IMG/VR virus record: IMGVR_UViG_3300037046_000125
Span: 1-26,224 of that record
Strand: one strand, 5' to 3'
DNA length: 26,224 nt
Source: a virus
Lineage: Duplodnaviria; Caudoviricetes
Shown here: positions 7,400 to 15,728 of the stretch, piece after piece
Layout: every line of letters starts with the position of its first letter
How positions within the stretch are numbered: position 1 is the stretch's first letter
Program-made: the position numbers and the translations under genes
Notes under the pieces: generated by a model
Seen by the model: only the letters and a program-made list of their open reading frames with translations
What the model was told of the DNA's origin: nothing
Databases searched by the model: none

Positions 7400-8431
7400 A
7401 TGGATAGCGACAATCAACCATTATCTGCAGAGCCGATCCACGGCGTACCGGTGTTGCTCACCAACCGTGAGTTTACGCCGCCGGCTGACGGCTGGCACCA
7501 AATCGTGCCGATCGGCGAATGGCCGATCCATGTCCAGCGCGCCGGCGGCCGGCGCGAGCGCCTGGTGCAGGTGATCGACGCGCCGGCGCTCGATGCGATG
7601 GTGCGCAATTTCAACCGCGAGATCCTGATCGATTACGAGCACTTCAGCCATGATCTGAGCAAGCCCACGACGGCGGCCGGTTGGATCCAGGAAGTGCAGC
7701 GCCGCGCGGATGGGTTGTATGCGCGCAACCGCTGGAGCGCGCGCGGCAAGGCGGACATCGAGGGCGGCACCTATCGCTATATCTCCGCGGAGTTCAGCGG
7801 ATCCGACCTGGAACAACTTGGCGAGGGCCGCGTGCGACCGCGCGCGCTCACCGGGGCGGGGCTAACCAACCGCCCCAACATTCCCACCACACCTCTAAGC
7901 AACCGCTCCCCGCAGGGGGGCTCAACCCAAGATGAGAACATGATCAATATCGCGAACGCCCTGGGCCTGGGCCAAGAGGCCACCGAGGACACCATCTGCG
8001 CCAAAATCACGGAGCTGCGGGGCTCGCAAACGACTCTGCAGAACCGTTGCACCGAGCTGGAAGGGACCGTGCAGCGACTGCAGACCGAACAGGTCGACGC
8101 CGACCTGGCTGCCTTTGCCGACGTGATCGGCGAAGACAAGGAAAGCGCCAAGACTATGCTGCTTGCGAACCGGGCCGCCACCGTGGCGCTGTTCACCGCC
8201 CAGCGCGGCCGCCTGGCCGCCAAGTCGCCGGCGGCGCCGGTGACCCTGACCAACAGGCAACAGCCTGGAAACCCCGGCATTGAGGCTGGCGGCAAACCGC
8301 TTGCCGAACGCCAGGCTGCCGCCGTCGAAAGTATCCGGCTGCAGAACCGGTGCAGCTTTGCCGAAGCCTGGGCGCAGGCGCGGCGCGAAAAGCCGGAGCT
8401 CTTCGCCGAAGAAAAATCTCCCACCGCCTGA
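7400..8431 (+). CDS. Prohead protease/scaffold (Mu gpI-like)
   Basis: WHQIVPIG, LIDYEH, AAGWI, YRYISAEF, LTNRP motifs followed by a coiled-coil scaffold region. Confidence 0.93.
   Translation: MDSDNQPLSAEPIHGVPVLLTNREFTPPADGWHQIVPIGEWPIHVQRAGGRRERLVQVIDAPALDAMVRNFNREILIDYEHFSHDLSKPTTAAGWIQEVQRRADGLYARNRWSARGKADIEGGTYRYISAEFSGSDLEQLGEGRVRPRALTGAGLTNRPNIPTTPLSNRSPQGGSTQDENMINIANALGLGQEATEDTICAKITELRGSQTTLQNRCTELEGTVQRLQTEQVDADLAAFADVIGEDKESAKTMLLANRAATVALFTAQRGRLAAKSPAAPVTLTNRQQPGNPGIEAGGKPLAERQAAAVESIRLQNRCSFAEAWAQARREKPELFAEEKSPTA
7940..8431 (+). CDS. Probable internally initiated scaffold protein (Mu gpZ-like)
   Basis: In-frame ATG after an A/C-rich linker; MINIANALGLGQEATEDTICAKITEL resembles Mu-like scaffold starts; Mu Z is an in-frame internal product of gene I. 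Confidence 0.55.
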   Translation: MINIANALGLGQEATEDTICAKITELRGSQTTLQNRCTELEGTVQRLQTEQVDADLAAFADVIGEDKESAKTMLLANRAATVALFTAQRGRLAAKSPAAPVTLTNRQQPGNPGIEAGGKPLAERQAAAVESIRLQNRCSFAEAWAQARREKPELFAEEKSPTA

Positions 8432-8487
8432 GCGGCCACAACCCACCACCTGAACCACCACCTCACAACGCATTTAAGCAACCAGTT

Positions 8488-9240
8488 ATGATCGCAAGAA
8501 ACAACGCCATCATCCCCCTGCCGACGGCCACCAGCCTGGTCGGCAAGGAGGGATATTTCGTGAAGATCGTGGACGCCAAGGCCGCGATCGTCACCGCTGT
8601 CGACGACAAACCGATCGGTGTCATCCTCGATGCCTCCCCGGCGGAGGTCAGTGTCGCCCTCATCGGCGGCGGCCTGGCGGGCACCGTCAAGGTCAAGCTC
8701 GACGGTACGCCTGGGACCTGCATCCTCGGCTCGCCGCTCGAAATCACCGCCACGGGCACCGTCAAGGTCGATACCGGCGGCGGCACGGAAACCGTGGTCG
8801 CCATCGCCTTGGAAGCCGGCGCAGCCAATGAGCTGATCGAGGCCGTGCTGCTCAATGCCAATGGCACCATCACGCTGCAGCAGAGCTTCAACACCTCGGT
8901 CGCGGTGGCCAATGCCGATCCGGCCGACGGCACGGCACTGGTCACCGGCCAGGTGAAAGACGCCGCCGGCAACGCGCTGGCCGGGCGTTTCGCGGTCGCG
9001 GCGTACTTCGGCGAAGCCGCGCACGACGGCGTGCCCTACGACTTCGGCGACCTCACCGCAGCAAGCGGCACGGTGATCCTCAAGGAGCACACCACGGACG
9101 CCTACGCCGTCATCCTGACGAAGTCTGATGGATCGTGGGGCCTGGTGCTCGACCTGGGCAGTGACGACACCGTCCACGCCTCGGCCTGGGTGCAGGGCAA
9201 GATCGCCACCGCCAACGTCGCCATCACCGGCAACCAGTAA
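8488..9240 (+). CDS. Capsid cement/decoration protein (DUF2190-like) with additional C-terminal beta-rich domain
   Basis: GKEGYFVK..PIGVI..VAIALEAGAANELIEAVL cement pattern in the first ~120 aa; position between protease and capsid; ATG 8488 preferred over track start 8350. Confidence 0.8.
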   Translation: MIARNNAIIPLPTATSLVGKEGYFVKIVDAKAAIVTAVDDKPIGVILDASPAEVSVALIGGGLAGTVKVKLDGTPGTCILGSPLEITATGTVKVDTGGGTETVVAIALEAGAANELIEAVLLNANGTITLQQSFNTSVAVANADPADGTALVTGQVKDAAGNALAGRFAVAAYFGEAAHDGVPYDFGDLTAASGTVILKEHTTDAYAVILTKSDGSWGLVLDLGSDDTVHASAWVQGKIATANVAITGNQ

Positions 9241-9296
9241 CTGGCCCACCAGTAACCGGAACCACTCAAACTTAATCCCACCACAAGGACACTCAC

Positions 9297-10217
9297 ATGC
9301 CCTCCCAAGCAAGCACCGTCAACCAGACGTTGACCAACTATGCGCATGGCCTTTACCAGGACATGCAGAGCGCGCTCGCGAATTTCATTGCGCCTGTCGT
9401 ACCGGTCTCCGGATCGGTCGGCCAGTTCAAGAAATTCGACGACAAGAACGCGTTCCAAACCTATGACACCTCCCGGGCGATCGGCGGCCCGCGCAGGCGG
9501 ATCGAGTTCGCCGCCACGGATCCCACATACGACTGCCGGCCGCAGGGCCTGGAAATTCCCATCGACGATCACGAGGAAAAGATGGCCGGCAACGCGGACC
9601 CGCTCGCCATCCGCCAGGCGAAAACCCGCACGCTGGTTTCGACCGGGGTGCAGAGCCATGAGGCCAAGGTGTTCGCCACCGTGGCCGGCGCGGTCGCCGC
9701 GGTCGGCGGCAAGGGCGTGTGGTCAAACGCGTCTGTCGATCCAGTTGTGGAGCTCGACGAACAGATCCAGGCCATCGCGATCGCCACCGGCCGGATGCCC
9801 AACCGCATGGTGTTCGGCCTGGGCGCCTGGAACATCTTCCGCAACCACGCGAAGGTGCTCGCCAGACAGCCCGGCGCGGCTCTGATCGGTCTGACGACCG
9901 AGCAGGCGGCCCGCATGGCCCTCAACCCCGCGATCGACATCCGGATCGGCTTGCTCTCGCGCGACACCACCAAGTTCGGCGCGGCGAAAAACGCCGTCAA
10001 CATCGTCGGCGGCGATGTCTACCTGTTCTATGCCGAGCAGAATCCCACCCAGTACGATCCGAGCTTCATGAAGACCTTCATGCCACTCGGTGACGCGATC
10101 GAAGCGGTGCGCGAGTACCGCGAAAATCGCAACGCGAGCGACATGCTCGCGCTCGACTGGGCCGAAGACATCCAAGTCGTGTCCACCGTGCTGGTGCGCC
10201 GCATCACCCTCTCCTGA
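9297..10217 (+). CDS. Major capsid protein
   Basis: 306 aa; NQTLTNYAHG, IAPVVPV, WSNASVDPV, GRMPNRMVFG patterns of Mu-like/lambda E-like capsids; synteny. Confidence 0.9.
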   Translation: MPSQASTVNQTLTNYAHGLYQDMQSALANFIAPVVPVSGSVGQFKKFDDKNAFQTYDTSRAIGGPRRRIEFAATDPTYDCRPQGLEIPIDDHEEKMAGNADPLAIRQAKTRTLVSTGVQSHEAKVFATVAGAVAAVGGKGVWSNASVDPVVELDEQIQAIAIATGRMPNRMVFGLGAWNIFRNHAKVLARQPGAALIGLTTEQAARMALNPAIDIRIGLLSRDTTKFGAAKNAVNIVGGDVYLFYAEQNPTQYDPSFMKTFMPLGDAIEAVREYRENRNASDMLALDWAEDIQVVSTVLVRRITLS

Positions 10218-10227
10218 TACTCACAGC

Positions 10228-10290
10228 CTGCATAGTTATACCTGACGGGGTAGTTAAGCAGAGGGGGCGCGCATCTCACCAAACACGCGC
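10228..10290 (+). ncRNA. Candidate structured RNA element downstream of the capsid gene
   Basis: Imperfect hairpin 10228-10261 plus GCGCG/CGCGC stem 10267-10290 with an A/C-rich loop; no U-tract directly after either stem. Confidence 0.4.
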
Positions 10291-10301
10291 AACACTTTTA
10301 C

Positions 10302-10742
10302 ATGGCCTGGATTACGATCAGTGAAGACGCCATCCGCTCGAAGCTCGCCGCGGTCGAGCTGCAGGCGTTGCGCACGGCCGCCCTGGCGGACGGCCAAGCC
10401 GATCCTCTCCCGGAAATCGTCGCGCGCACGGTCGACGAGGTGCGCGGCTATATCGGGGCCTGCGAGCGCAACCGGCTTGGCCCGGCGGGCACCATCCCGG
10501 CGCAACTGGAGAGCGCCGCGCTGGCGATCGTCCGCTACCGCCTGGCGACGCGCCTGCCGGTGCGCACCCTCCTGACCGAGGAGCGCAAGGAAGAGCAGCG
10601 CGACGCCCTGACCCTGCTGCGCGATGTGGCGGCGTGCCGGTACGCTGTTGAGCAGCCGGACGAGGCCGGTCCAGAGCGCCTGGCCATCGGTGGCACACCC
10701 AAAATAATTCCAAGGCCAGCGACGGCCGGCATGTTGCCATGA
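10302..10742 (+). CDS. Head-tail adaptor (Mu gp36/DUF1320)
   Basis: MAWITISED..VDEVRGYI..IPAQLESAALAIVRYRLATR..DALTLLRDVA gp36 pattern. Confidence 0.88.
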   Translation: MAWITISEDAIRSKLAAVELQALRTAALADGQADPLPEIVARTVDEVRGYIGACERNRLGPAGTIPAQLESAALAIVRYRLATRLPVRTLLTEERKEEQRDALTLLRDVAACRYAVEQPDEAGPERLAIGGTPKIIPRPATAGMLP

Positions 10743-11170
10743 CCCTCACCGAGCTGCAGTCCAAGGTGCGCGACCACATCGCGGCGAACCTGTGGTTTGC
10801 CGATGTGCCGGTCATCATCGAGTCGGCCGGTGATTTTGAGACCGAGCTCGAAATCGCCCTGCAGAAGCTCGGCCTGTGCATCGTCGTCGCGACGCCGGCG
10901 AGCGTGGTCAAGGAGCGCGGTGTGCAGCCGTACCTGACCGTGCAGGTCGTAGTCGCGATCGCCGAGACCCCGACCGTGAACCAGACCGGACGGCATGCCG
11001 GCGAGGCTCTCGATCGACTGATTCCCCTGCTGCACCGCATGCCCCTGGGCGGCGCCGGCGCGGGCTGCCTGTATTTCGCGGCGCATGATGCCGAGGACAT
11101 CCCCGGCATGGCCGCCTATCGCATCCGCTTTGAAGCCAACATCGTTTCAACCACACCAACCACCACATGA
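10739..11170 (+). CDS. Tail terminator/completion protein (Mu gp37-like)
   Basis: 143 aa, ATGA-coupled between adaptor and tail tube; alpha/beta pattern ending AYRIRFEA. Confidence 0.65.
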   Translation: MTLTELQSKVRDHIAANLWFADVPVIIESAGDFETELEIALQKLGLCIVVATPASVVKERGVQPYLTVQVVVAIAETPTVNQTGRHAGEALDRLIPLLHRMPLGGAGAGCLYFAAHDAEDIPGMAAYRIRFEANIVSTTPTTT

Positions 11171-11679
11171 ATCGCTCATATCCCATCCCGCAGTCCTATG
11201 TCTGGGTCGCCCGCATCGGCGTGTCCAGCGTCACCCGTGCCGCCGCACCGGCGCATGATTCCGCCGCCTGGCTGAAGTTTGGCAATTGCCCGAGCGCGAC
11301 CCTCGGCGTCGAGGTCGAACGCAAGGAGCGCAAGGAGATCGTCCTTGGCCAGCGTATCTCGCGCTACAAGGAGATCGGCCGCAAGTTCAATGCCAAGGGC
11401 ACGATCGAGGAGCTCAACAAGCTGGTCATTGACCTGCTGTTTCGCTCCAACGTCACAGCCAACGACAACTTCATCAGCCACGGCTCGCTCGAAACCGTCG
11501 CCTGGACGCGTTTCCAGAGCTACGACGAGACCGACGCCAACATCACCATCCTCGAAGGTCTCGCCTTCATCCAGCCGACCGGGGACATCATCCTGGGCGG
11601 CGAAGAGCACTTCAAGGCCGAGTTCGAGTTTCACTTCGAGGGCAAGGTCTCGGGTAAACTGATCGCCGCCTATACCTGA
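11167..11679 (+). CDS. Major tail tube protein
   Basis: KFGNCPSATLGVEVERKE..KFNAKGTIEELNK..FKAEFEF beta-rich tube fold; no sheath gene nearby. Confidence 0.75.
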   Translation: MNRSYPIPQSYVWVARIGVSSVTRAAAPAHDSAAWLKFGNCPSATLGVEVERKERKEIVLGQRISRYKEIGRKFNAKGTIEELNKLVIDLLFRSNVTANDNFISHGSLETVAWTRFQSYDETDANITILEGLAFIQPTGDIILGGEEHFKAEFEFHFEGKVSGKLIAAYT

Positions 11680-11681
11680 TC

Positions 11682-12077
11682 ATGGATCCCATTAACCCAG
11701 GCTCACCGTGGGCCAACCCCACGGTACCGACGGCCATCGCACAGACAGCCGGACCCGGACCGGACCCGGTCACCTTTATCGAGGACCCGGCCGGCATCAA
11801 GGCGCCAATCGACAGCCTCAATGCCGCCTTCCCGTATCGGTTCACTCAGGCGACGGCCCTGCCGGACGGCATTGATCCGGACACCGACTACTGGCTCAAG
11901 TACGAGGATGAGGTGGACAATCAGGACGCCTTCAGCCTCTGGCTTGATGAAGAGCTGACCGAGGCCGTCGATCCTGATGGGACCGGCACCGGACAGGCCT
12001 ATGCCCACCGCCAGATGGCCGCGATCCCGCAAACGCCGCCGGACGCGCCGGTCGTTCCAACCCCTATCGTGCCCTGA
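11682..12077 (+). CDS. Acidic, Pro-rich virion accessory protein
   Basis: LPDGIDPDTDYW...FSL...AVDPDGTGTG resembles a small beta domain common in phage tail proteins; similar Pro-rich ends (PTVPTAI / PVVPTPI). Confidence 0.65.
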   Translation: MDPINPGSPWANPTVPTAIAQTAGPGPDPVTFIEDPAGIKAPIDSLNAAFPYRFTQATALPDGIDPDTDYWLKYEDEVDNQDAFSLWLDEELTEAVDPDGTGTGQAYAHRQMAAIPQTPPDAPVVPTPIVP

Positions 12078-12107
12078 TCACAATACCTGCACGGGCCATC
12101 TGCTACC

Positions 12108-12455
12108 ATGACTAAGCTGCAACTGCGCCGGGGCAACTCGTACCGTATCAGCGGTCAGGTGCTGGAGGCTGATGGCACACCGATCGACCTGACTGGGGCC
12201 ACGACCACCTATGTCATTTGCCAGCGCTACGGCCAGCCTCTGGCCGACGCCCTGGTTTCTGGTCCGCTGACCGTGACGATGGCTGATGCCGGACAGTTCC
12301 ATTTCGACCTGACGGCGGTGACCACCGCCGGCTGGCCGGTAGGAGCGGTTTACCTGGCGATCATCATCGAGCACCAGGATGGCCGCCGGCAGCAGTTGCC
12401 GGAGCCTGGAGACACCAGGGCGATCCAGGTCCATGAAGCCCTGATTTCACCATAA
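12108..12455 (+). CDS. BppU N-terminal-like fibre attachment protein
   Basis: LRRGNSYRI..DGTPIDLTGAT..AGQFHFDLTAVTT signature. Confidence 0.75.
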   Translation: MTKLQLRRGNSYRISGQVLEADGTPIDLTGATTTYVICQRYGQPLADALVSGPLTVTMADAGQFHFDLTAVTTAGWPVGAVYLAIIIEHQDGRRQQLPEPGDTRAIQVHEALISP

Positions 12456-12467
12456 GCACTCAACACT

Positions 12468-12869
12468 ATGTTAAGCCAAACATTCCAAGATCTCATCCTG
12501 AATATCCTCAGGTCACAGAACGTCACCGCGCCGGAGTCGCTCAAAATCCACCTGTACACGGGCACCGTTGGCAGTGGGCCGGAAGTGAGCGATGACGGCA
12601 CGGCCTACGTGGCGAAGGCCGTTACCTACGGCGCGCCGGCGACCGACGGCGAGACCGGCAACCGGCAGATCAAAAACAGCGCCGCGGTCACCTTTGACAA
12701 GGCGACCGCCTCGTGGGGCACCATCACGCACTTCAAGGTGCAGGATGGCGCAACGATCTACGCCACCGCTGAATTGGTTTCGCCCAAACCGATCGATGTC
12801 GATGACATCGCCCAGTTCGACGAGAACACGATCGTCGTTGTCCTCGGTGATCTGCCGGAACCCGAGTAA
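12468..12869 (+). CDS. Tail-fibre-associated structural protein
   Basis: LILNILR..IHLYT..EVS..YVAKAVTY..NSAAVTF..ATASWGTITHF motif set typical of proteins preceding long repeat fibres. Confidence 0.8.
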   Translation: MLSQTFQDLILNILRSQNVTAPESLKIHLYTGTVGSGPEVSDDGTAYVAKAVTYGAPATDGETGNRQIKNSAAVTFDKATASWGTITHFKVQDGATIYATAELVSPKPIDVDDIAQFDENTIVVVLGDLPEPE

Positions 12870-12877
12870 GGTCCGCC

Positions 12878-15391
12878 ATGGGCAGCGGGCGCATCGTGAA
12901 GCTGGAAGCGAAGCCAGCGCGGCTTAGCCTCGCTGCCAGCCATGCGCGCGTCCAGATTGCCGTGCCTCGCGCGCGGGTGCGCCTGACGATCGGTGAATTG
13001 ATCCAGCGGCTGGTGCCGCTCGGTGGCGGTGTGCTGCGATTTGGCACACGTCTGCTTGGCCGCCTGGCGCGGGTACGCGGGCTGCGCGGCGTGGCGTCCG
13101 CGGCCGCGGCGGTATCTGGGCGGCTGGCCATGATCGCGGCGCTCGCGGGCAGTTCCCGGGCGGCCGGCATGTTGCACGGCGCGCTTGGGCGCACCAGGCA
13201 CGCTGCGGGCCGCGCTACCGCTGGCGCGCGGTTAGCCGCTGTGCGGCTTTCCAGGGTGCGTTTGATTGCCGGTGCCGTGCGTGGCGGCATACTTGTCAAT
13301 CGCGTGGCGATCATCCTGCGGCGGCAATTGCGCGGTATGGCGGCAGCGGCGGCGGGGCGAGCCATATCCCCGCGCCTGGTACGGGTGCGCGGGTTGCGCG
13401 GCCTGGCCGGGGTGGCTGGGCTGGAAATGTCCGCACGCCTGGCGCGGATGCGCGGGCTGCACGGTCTGACTCAGGCGGCCGGCGTGGTATATGGCCGACT
13501 TTCCATGATCGCTGCACTGGCGGGAAGCTCCCGGGCGGCCGGCATGTTGCGCGGCGCCTTCGGGCGCATCAGTCATGCCTCGGGCCGCGCTGCATCGGGC
13601 GCGCGGTTGGCCATCGTCAACCTGCAGCGCTTGCGCGGGTTACGCGGCATGGTTCAAGCCGCCGGCGTGGTATATGGGCGGCTCGCCATAATCGCTGCGC
13701 TGGCGGGAAGTTCCCGGGCGGCCGGCATGTTGCGCGGCACCTTCGGGCGCATCAGATATGCCTCTGGCCGCGCTGCAACAGGCGCGCGGTTGGTCAGTGC
13801 GCGCCTGGCGCTGCTGCTTAGGGTGTCCGGGACCATCCGTGCTGGCGGCCGGTTGGGCCGCGCGGCAATCGGCCTGTTACGGCAATTGCGCGGTTCGGCC
13901 ACGGCTGCTGGCCGGGCAATATCTGCGCGGCTGACTCGGGTGCGCGGCTTGCATGGTCTGGCGCCAGCGGCCGGCGCGGTATATGGCCGGCTCGCCCTGC
14001 TCGCGGCACTGGCGGGAAGCACCCAGGCAGCGGGCATGCTGCGCGGCACATTCGGGCGCATCAGACATGCCTTTGGGCGCGCTGCATCTGGTGCGCGGTT
14101 GGCTATCGTCAGGCTGGCGCGGCGGCGGGGTTTAAGAGGCATCGCCGGCGCCGGCGCCGGGCTTCATGGATGGCTCACCAGGGTGGCCGCACTTGCCGGC
14201 CAAACACGGGCAGCGGCGGTGGTCGCAGGCTCGTTGAGCCGCATCTACAGCTTTGCCGGCAGCGCAGGTGGTGCGATGGGCCTATCTGGGGTGATGCATA
14301 GGCTCAAGTCATGCGCCGGTAATGTCCTCACGGCGGCTGGGCTGGCGCCGGCATCAATGGCTCTGACTCGCGGTCTGCGTGGTGTGTCATCCGTTGGTGC
14401 CGTCGCCCGCGGCCGCATGAGGTATGCTGCCGCCATGACCGGAATGGCGCAGGCTGGTGCGGCTGTGCGAGGGGCGTTGAGTGTGGTCGAGCCTCCGCCA
14501 GAAATGATCTACATAAGCGGATTAAGGTTATCGATGACTGGTAATAAGTCGCACCGCCGTTACTTGGCAAATGGCACATTGGACATTTCGATGGATTACG
14601 GCTCGCAAACCTACTTCATCGACGTTGACACCGCCGGCAGAATGCTGACCGGCGGGCAACATGTTAGCCCGACTCGTTCACACCAGCGCTACCTCGATGA
14701 TGGCAGTCTGGATCTTAACATGAATCATGGTACACACTTGAGTGGAGGTTGCTTTGCCAGTGGGAACAAGATGTTGGTGTGTGGAACAAGAACGAGCAAT
14801 ATTACACACCGCCGTTACTTGGAAGACGGCACATTAGACATCTCAATGGATCATGGTGCTACAGCATCCTGCATCTGTGAAGATGCTGACAGGCGAATTT
14901 TGATTGGTGGAACAAGGACAAGCAATATCACACACCGCCGTTACTTGGAAGACGGCACATTGGACATTTCAATGGATCATGGTGCTGCGGTAAATGGCAT
15001 ACGCACTGATGTCGAAAACCGGATATTTATCGCCGCCACTAGAGACTCAGGCAGCAACAAGACTCACCGCCGGTATTTGGAAGACGGCACATTGGACATT
15101 TCAATGGATCACGGCGCTGGATTATACAGTACGTCACTAGACAGTGTGGGAAGAATACTTGTGGGAGGAGTGCGCAGCGGAGGCTATTCTCACCGCCGAT
15201 ACCTGACAAACGGCACACTGGACATTTCGATGGATCATGGTGCTATAGTATATAGTATCAATACAGCAAAGAACGACAGGATTCTGATTGGTGGCGCGAT
15301 TACGAGCGACATCACACATCGCCGTTATCTGGAAGACGGCACTCTCGATATTTCGTTGAACCACGGATATGATGTTAGGGCAGTCAAATGA
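12878..15391 (+). CDS. Fibre/receptor-binding protein: Arg/Ala/Gly repeat stalk plus seven-repeat beta-propeller-like tip
   Basis: ~20-21-aa repeats over ~500 aa, PPP linker, then 7 x HRRYLxxGTLDISMDHG (delta-60/DUF5122-like). Confidence 0.8.
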   Translation: MGSGRIVKLEAKPARLSLAASHARVQIAVPRARVRLTIGELIQRLVPLGGGVLRFGTRLLGRLARVRGLRGVASAAAAVSGRLAMIAALAGSSRAAGMLHGALGRTRHAAGRATAGARLAAVRLSRVRLIAGAVRGGILVNRVAIILRRQLRGMAAAAAGRAISPRLVRVRGLRGLAGVAGLEMSARLARMRGLHGLTQAAGVVYGRLSMIAALAGSSRAAGMLRGAFGRISHASGRAASGARLAIVNLQRLRGLRGMVQAAGVVYGRLAIIAALAGSSRAAGMLRGTFGRIRYASGRAATGARLVSARLALLLRVSGTIRAGGRLGRAAIGLLRQLRGSATAAGRAISARLTRVRGLHGLAPAAGAVYGRLALLAALAGSTQAAGMLRGTFGRIRHAFGRAASGARLAIVRLARRRGLRGIAGAGAGLHGWLTRVAALAGQTRAAAVVAGSLSRIYSFAGSAGGAMGLSGVMHRLKSCAGNVLTAAGLAPASMALTRGLRGVSSVGAVARGRMRYAAAMTGMAQAGAAVRGALSVVEPPPEMIYISGLRLSMTGNKSHRRYLANGTLDISMDYGSQTYFIDVDTAGRMLTGGQHVSPTRSHQRYLDDGSLDLNMNHGTHLSGGCFASGNKMLVCGTRTSNITHRRYLEDGTLDISMDHGATASCICEDADRRILIGGTRTSNITHRRYLEDGTLDISMDHGAAVNGIRTDVENRIFIAATRDSGSNKTHRRYLEDGTLDISMDHGAGLYSTSLDSVGRILVGGVRSGGYSHRRYLTNGTLDISMDHGAIVYSINTAKNDRILIGGAITSDITHRRYLEDGTLDISLNHGYDVRAVK
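13145..14065 (+). repeat. Four near-identical coding repeats (AGSSRAAGMLxG)
   Basis: GCGGG(C/A)AG(T/C)(T/A)CCC(G/A)GGC..GGCATG copies at 13145, 13520, 13703, 14012, all in frame. Confidence 0.85.
14552..15367 (+). repeat. Seven ~50-bp coding repeats with 126-132 bp period
   Basis: Copies start at 14552, 14681, 14807, 14933, 15065, 15191, 15317; all periods are multiples of 3. Confidence 0.92.
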
Positions 15392-15723
15392 GCAAAATAC
15401 TGATTAGAACCGGCCCCGACGGCCACGTACACTACATCGCCCACCGCCTGGTGGACGAGCGCAAGGCCGAGGGCGGTGGTATAATCGTCGAGGAGTCGGC
15501 CATCCCTCCGCAGCCAGTGTGCCAGCGTGGCGAGAGCGCGTCGCTGCATGTGGTCAACGCGGCCGAGGCTGAGGTCGACGCGAAGCGCTCACCGCAGTTC
15601 GAGTGGCGCATTACCCTGCGCCCGCTCACGACCGAGGAAGCGCTGGAGGAACTCTCTGAGCGCGAGCAGCGCGTCATTGATCTGTTGACCGAAATCCGCG
15701 ACTCACTCCGCGCGCAGCGTTAG
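15388..15723 (+). CDS. Probable fibre assembly chaperone
   Basis: ATGA-coupled to the fibre gene; IPPQP...LHV...RPLTTEE plus C-terminal coiled coil, a pattern seen in small proteins following phage fibres. Confidence 0.55.
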   Translation: MSKILIRTGPDGHVHYIAHRLVDERKAEGGGIIVEESAIPPQPVCQRGESASLHVVNAAEAEVDAKRSPQFEWRITLRPLTTEEALEELSEREQRVIDLLTEIRDSLRAQR

Positions 15724-15728
15724 AGAGT

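Noticed and set aside
8478-9238. GCAACCAGT direct repeat flanking the cement gene
   Set aside because: Only 9 bp, plausible by chance, and no recombinase context
7777-9312. 511-aa minus-strand ORF
   Set aside because: Antisense shadow of GC-rich protease and cement genes; no recognisable domain
14552-15367. CRISPR-like alternation of repeats and spacers
   Set aside because: Periods are multiples of 3 within an open frame, repeats vary largely at synonymous positions, spacers resemble each other at protein level, and there are no cas genes
12878-15391. Diversity-generating retroelement or invertible fibre cassette
   Set aside because: No reverse transcriptase or invertase, no adenine-specific template/variable repeat pair and no inverted recombination sites seen
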